Made by a program: the position numbers and the translations under genes. The notes under the pieces are model-generated. The model made no database searches, was not told the origin of the DNA, and saw only the letters and a program-made list of their open reading frames with translations. Shown here piece by piece: positions 34,803 through 38,208 of a stretch of DNA of 38,208 bases. How positions within the stretch are numbered: position 1 is the stretch's first letter; each line of letters begins with the position of its first letter. This stretch comes from a virus (taxonomy: Duplodnaviria > Heunggongvirae > Uroviricota > Caudoviricetes): positions 64,001 through 102,208 of the IMG/VR virus record IMGVR_UViG_3300048838_001248; one strand, given 5' to 3'.

Positions 34803-34866
34803 TGCCCAAGGCAGGGGTCGAACCTACGACACAATTCCAAGACGGTTTGTGTCTCCAAACAAGGAC
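34803..34866 (-). ncRNA. D-armless tRNA-like RNA
   Basis: T-arm GTAGG-TTCGACC-CCTGC; imperfect acceptor; 7-bp stem GACACAA/TTGTGTC with a 12-nt loop. Confidence 0.6.
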
Positions 34867-34869
34867 ATT

Positions 34870-34955
34870 TGGTGGGATTGGTGGGATTCGAACCCACTCA
34901 GCCGATGGCACTTGTTTTACAGACAAGCCTAACTCTCCAACGTTAGCGCACTCCC
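34870..34955 (-). tRNA. tRNA-Tyr(GUA)
   Basis: CTTGT-CTGTAAA-ACAAG; CCA encoded. Confidence 0.92.
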
Positions 34956-34962
34956 AAATTTG

Positions 34963-35044
34963 TGTATTCGGTGGGATTCGAACCCACGTTGTACTTTCGT
35001 ACCCTGATTAAAAGTCAGGAGCATAACCACTTTGCTACGAATAC
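34963..35044 (-). tRNA. tRNA-Lys(UUU) with long variable arm
   Basis: CCTGA-CTTTTAA-TCAGG; variable arm GTAC-GAAA-GTAC. Confidence 0.9.
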
Positions 35045-35097
35045 GTTTGGATATTTCAGTTATCTTGGATACAGAAAATTCCTAAACTCTACCTCAG

Positions 35098-35168
35098 TGC
35101 ACCCGGTAGGAATCGAACCTACGTCATCTGGTTAAAAGCCAGAGGCATATCCCCTTTGCTACGAGTAC
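35098..35168 (-). tRNA. tRNA-Lys(UUU)
   Basis: TCTGG-CTTTTAA-CCAGA. Confidence 0.95.
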
Positions 35169-35220
35169 ATGTCTACTTTTTTTGGGACATTGGACTAAAA
35201 AGTAGTAAAAACCCTAAAAG

Positions 35221-35293
35221 TGCGCCCGATGGGACTCGAACCCATAACTCCCACATTAAAAGTGTGGTACTCTACCAATTGAGTTACGAGCGC
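35221..35293 (-). tRNA. tRNA-Lys(UUU)
   Basis: CCACA-CTTTTAA-TGTGG. Confidence 0.95.
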
Positions 35294-35309
35294 AATTACA
35301 TATCGACAG

Positions 35310-35396
35310 TGGTTCACCTGACGGGATTCGAACCCGCACACAGGGATTAAGATAGCATGTGCACTTCCCTTGCTCTCTCCATTGAGCCACAAGTGC
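35310..35396 (-). ncRNA. tRNA-like RNA with 19-nt anticodon loop and encoded CCA
   Basis: Normal D- and T-arms; AGGGA-[AGTGCACATGCTATCTTAA]-TCCCT; G1:A72 mismatch. Confidence 0.75.
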
Positions 35397-35612
35397 TGCC
35401 GATATGTCTACTAACATCATTACTCACCTCAACTACTAATTTACTTTACTAATGTGTTTCCAGTTCTCATGCCTGTCAGAACCTTCCTCTGCTCATGTTT
35501 TTTTGGTTGCCCATGCTATCGTTACACTTAAACCTTTCACACACTTTCCAATAACATTTCATATTGGTTTTCACTCTGCTTTCAAATTTTAAATATTTTT
35601 CAAAGAACATAT

Positions 35613-35646
35613 AAAACAAAAAACCCGACTCTTACGAATCGGGTTT
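35613..35646 (-). terminator. Attenuator terminator ahead of the Tyr/Lys tRNA array
   Basis: AAACCCGATTC-GTAA-GAGTCGGGTTT then TTTGTTTT; CCCGATTC is complementary to leader GAATCGGG (35698-35705). Confidence 0.85.
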
Positions 35647-35670
35647 CTGTCTGGTATAAAGTCATTACTT

Positions 35671-35760
35671 TTATATATCACTATTAGACATACCATTCCC
35701 GATTCTCATAAGAGTTTTCTTATAAGTTTTATAAAGATAATATGTGCTAAAAGTTCTCAT
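35671..35760 (-). CDS. Leader peptide 2 (29 aa), Tyr/Lys-rich
   Basis: MRTFSTYYLYKTYKKTLMRIGNGMSNSDI, between promoter and terminator. Confidence 0.8.
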   Translation of the reverse strand: MRTFSTYYLYKTYKKTLMRIGNGMSNSDI

Positions 35761-35789
35761 TGTCTTTTTCTATTAAATTTTTCAGTTTA

Positions 35790-35821
35790 CAAATGTATGA
35801 TATAAATACGAATAAAACAAA
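35790..35821 (-). promoter_or_regulatory. Bacteroidota primary-sigma promoter for leader 2
   Basis: TTTG-N20-TACATTTG, with GTATTTAT in the spacer. Confidence 0.8.
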
Positions 35822-35849
35822 TAAATGTTGCAAAAAGTTTAAATTATTT

Positions 35850-36368
35850 TTATTTCACAAAATCTTCGTAATATTGAATTAATTGGTTTTCGTTTTCAAA
35901 GTATCTTATTTTATCTTCATTAGGACTGTAATTAACCATTTCTCTCCCCTTAATGACCAACCCATCATATCCTAATCTTAACATCTCATCTCTAACATTT
36001 GTCTTTGAATCAAATTCTCTTTTAGCATTAAAATAATCATTAATGCCTTTTTCTCTACCATAATTCACTGCTACTTGTTGTAAATATATTTCAGCATCGT
36101 TCCAACTATTAACAATTTTTGGATGTTTTGGTATTGCGCCCACAACAAAATAGACCTTACCATATTTCCTTGCCAATTCTTTATTTCCTAATGCTGCTGT
36201 ATATAAACCCTGACCAAAAGAAGCCATTCCATTATTTTCTTTACCTACTTCTTGCATACCCCTAAGTGTTACGTTTTGTCGTTTCCACTTTAAGTAATCT
36301 GCACGATTGTAGTCTTCGTTCAGAATATTTGAAATTTCTTCGTTAATTATATTCAGTATTTTGCTCAT
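35850..36368 (-). CDS. IINEE-motif protein, possible ADP-ribosyltransferase-like fold
   Basis: MSKILNIINEEI; FGQGLYT, YGKV, LGYDGLVI, EMVNY. Confidence 0.6.
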   Translation of the reverse strand: MSKILNIINEEISNILNEDYNRADYLKWKRQNVTLRGMQEVGKENNGMASFGQGLYTAALGNKELARKYGKVYFVVGAIPKHPKIVNSWNDAEIYLQQVAVNYGREKGINDYFNAKREFDSKTNVRDEMLRLGYDGLVIKGREMVNYSPNEDKIRYFENENQLIQYYEDFVK

Positions 36369-36376
36369 ATTAATTA

Positions 36377-37189
36377 CTATTCAACAAGTCTGATTGTCCA
36401 GAAGTCTGCAGCTAAGTTTGCGGTTGTAATATATTCATAAGGTAAATAGAAATAACCTCTATCTCCCCATTCTGTACCCCAGCTATTTCTCATAATCAAA
36501 TGTTTTTTAGTTTCATCGTATCCAACCGCTACCACAGCATGTCCACCAATATTACCCTCATTTGCTTGGGGCATAACAACATAACCCGAACGTGCGGTAT
36601 CATCACTCATAAACGAATGAAACAACATCATACCAAATGCCACCGGATGTCCTTCTGCAAGACATTCTTTAATTTCTTGTATTGAATGTGTAACCCTGAG
36701 ATATTCTAATACCTGATTTTTTTCACCCTCTACATAACATTCATTACTTGGTTTTGTTTTGAATTTACAGGTATTGTATTTCCACATTGATTCGGGACAT
36801 ACACCTTTATCTACCATTGTTTTCATCGTATTTCTCATTGTAGCACCAGCATCTGAATTCACAGTACCTTCAATTACTCTTGTGTTATAATAAACAAATA
36901 ATCTTGAAGGCGTGAAGTTACTTCTTTGCTGTCTCATTTGTTCAAATTGAAATACCGCACCCATTGCGTTGGCTGTACAACTACCAAGAGTACCCTGATT
37001 ATATATAGGTGGGCACAATGGTCTTAAATCTACCTTTTCTGGTACTGCTTTAGGAGCACCTATTTTAAATTTAAAGTCTCTGGGGTCAGGTAAATCACGT
37101 TTCCATCCAAGACCTAATTTAATTGTCTGTTGTTCCGGTTTTTTAAACCAGTTGAATAATTTTCCGATTTTCATAATATAGCGTTTCAC
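36377..37189 (-). CDS. Papain-like (C1A) cysteine protease
   Basis: QGTLGSCTANA, GGHAVVAVGY, RNSWGTEWGDRGYF. Confidence 0.95.
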   Translation of the reverse strand: MKRYIMKIGKLFNWFKKPEQQTIKLGLGWKRDLPDPRDFKFKIGAPKAVPEKVDLRPLCPPIYNQGTLGSCTANAMGAVFQFEQMRQQRSNFTPSRLFVYYNTRVIEGTVNSDAGATMRNTMKTMVDKGVCPESMWKYNTCKFKTKPSNECYVEGEKNQVLEYLRVTHSIQEIKECLAEGHPVAFGMMLFHSFMSDDTARSGYVVMPQANEGNIGGHAVVAVGYDETKKHLIMRNSWGTEWGDRGYFYLPYEYITTANLAADFWTIRLVE

Positions 37190-37198
37190 TATAAATAC

Positions 37199-37226
37199 AA
37201 AAAAAGCGGAGAAATTCTCCGCTTTT
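37199..37226 (-). terminator. Intrinsic terminator
   Basis: AAAAGCGGAG-aattt-CTCCGCTTTT followed by a U tract. Confidence 0.85.
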
Positions 37227-38208
37227 AAATGCTATAATCATATCCATCTCGGAAAGGTTTGCTGTAATCCGGTCTAACCAATTTCCAAATTATTTCATCG
37301 TATGGTCTTTTATCGTACAATTTAAAGAGGATTGAACGATATTCGGATTTCAATGCTTCTGCAGCAAATTCCTTACGGTCTGAAACGTTATTTATGTGAT
37401 AAATTCTAACAAACTCTTTCAATGTTTCCCTTTCGATTTCATTATATGCCAACTGTAGCGAGTTGCTAACCCTTTTCAGCCAATCATAGAATTCATCTGG
37501 TACTCTATCAAGCAATTCATCAAAATCATACCCGTTCATCATGTGTTCCCACACAACAACATTTGAAACATTTGTCAATATACCATGAAGTCTAACGTAT
37601 TCAGCAAATTTAACCTTAACCCTAAATCCATTCTTGAATTTAACCACAAATCCCTCACTATTATCTTTTTCAAGTTTTTTAAGGTCAATTAAGTCATTAA
37701 TTTTTACGTTGAATTTTTTAACAACAGTAAAATATTTAGAGTATTGCTCAACCAATTCTTCATAGAGTGCTTCAACACCTGTTTCGGTTACAATTCTTGT
37801 AAGTAAAACAAGTTCCCTTCTATTGCCGTAGTCAACAACAATACGATTTTCAGGATATAGAACCTCAAATAAAAAGGTACATTCAGTATTTAATTTATCA
37901 AGAACAGATGCTTTTAGCATTTTTTGTGCTTCTAACGCTTGTTCTGAAATAAATGAACCCCTTGAAGCCACAATCCATTCCATACGTGGTTTGTAGTAAA
38001 ACACAATAATTAATGAGCCGTCCATTTTTTCGAAAATATCATATTCTTCCGACATATCGATTTCAGATGGGTCATATTCTTCGTAGTTCATGAACTTCTG
38101 AAATGGACGTGCAATTATATTACCCTCAATATCAATAACAAGACCACGACAAGAAAGAGTATATTCATCCCAAACTCTTTTTGACTGAACTCTTGGTGAA
38201 TAATTGAG
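37225..38208 (-). CDS. T4 Rnl1-type RNA ligase, 5' end beyond the window
   Basis: CRGLVID..G..IARPFQKF, EKMDGS, EGFVV, RVKVK; frame stays open to the window edge. Confidence 0.9.
   Translation of the reverse strand, partial: LNYSPRVQSKRVWDEYTLSCRGLVIDIEGNIIARPFQKFMNYEEYDPSEIDMSEEYDIFEKMDGSLIIVFYYKPRMEWIVASRGSFISEQALEAQKMLKASVLDKLNTECTFLFEVLYPENRIVVDYGNRRELVLLTRIVTETGVEALYEELVEQYSKYFTVVKKFNVKINDLIDLKKLEKDNSEGFVVKFKNGFRVKVKFAEYVRLHGILTNVSNVVVWEHMMNGYDFDELLDRVPDEFYDWLKRVSNSLQLAYNEIERETLKEFVRIYHINNVSDRKEFAAEALKSEYRSILFKLYDKRPYDEIIWKLVRPDYSKPFRDGYDYSI

Noticed and set aside
15091-35392. ORFs overlapping tRNA clusters (15091, 19393, 20218, 23315, 24982, 25503, 34493-35392)
   Set aside because: They are translations of tRNA or ncRNA sequence
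35408-35612. Short ORFs (MKCYWKVCERFKC..., MRTGNTLVK) between terminator and tRNA array
   Set aside because: No supporting signal or recognisable family; may simply be spacer
465-36685. Plus-strand ORFs of the track (e.g. 465, 3963, 21527, 26423, 32968)
   Set aside because: Antisense shadows of well-supported minus-strand genes, with no recognisable motifs
1-38208. Genome-wide TAG reassignment suggested by the CUA tRNA
   Set aside because: Long genes have no internal TAG under the standard code, and TAG terminates ordinary genes at 969, 2013, 10468, 11288, 13087, 13858, 21421 and 32736
1-38208. CRISPR array, diversity-generating retroelement, integrase or transposase
   Set aside because: No regularly spaced repeat-spacer units, reverse transcriptase or recombinase motifs seen

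Overview
AT-rich, gene-dense segment of a large (jumbo-type) tailed-phage genome, almost entirely encoded on the minus strand. The host is probably Bacteroidota, since several TTTG-N19/20-TAnnTTTG promoters are present and Shine-Dalgarno sites are not evident. The standard genetic code applies, and TAG ends several ordinary genes. Contents: nucleotide metabolism (GMP reductase/IMPDH family, class II RNR, DUF5664+HAD fusion, MazG-like), a translation/tRNA toolkit (28 tRNAs, 2 aberrant tRNA-like RNAs, RNase P RNA, Rnl1-type RNA ligase, nucleotidyltransferase, Pth2-like hydrolase, YqeY, bL12), three homing-type endonucleases, two vWA proteins, a MORC/GHKL ATPase and a papain protease. The main candidate new system is a set of translation sensors missed by the ORF track. 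(1) Two tRNA arrays each lie behind a host-type promoter, a short leader peptide and a terminator/antiterminator pair, and each leader's codons match the tRNAs downstream: a Tyr/Lys-rich leader precedes an all-Tyr/Lys array, and a Thr/Ser/Gly/Ile/Arg/Phe/Asn/Cys-rich leader precedes those isotypes. (2) An amber-suppressor tRNA(CUA) lies just upstream of a Pth2-like gene with TAG at codon 3 and a TAG-containing leader (MKDT*VNIRPP), both in the same TAG-GTA-AA context. All protein family calls are from motif recognition, not database searches.
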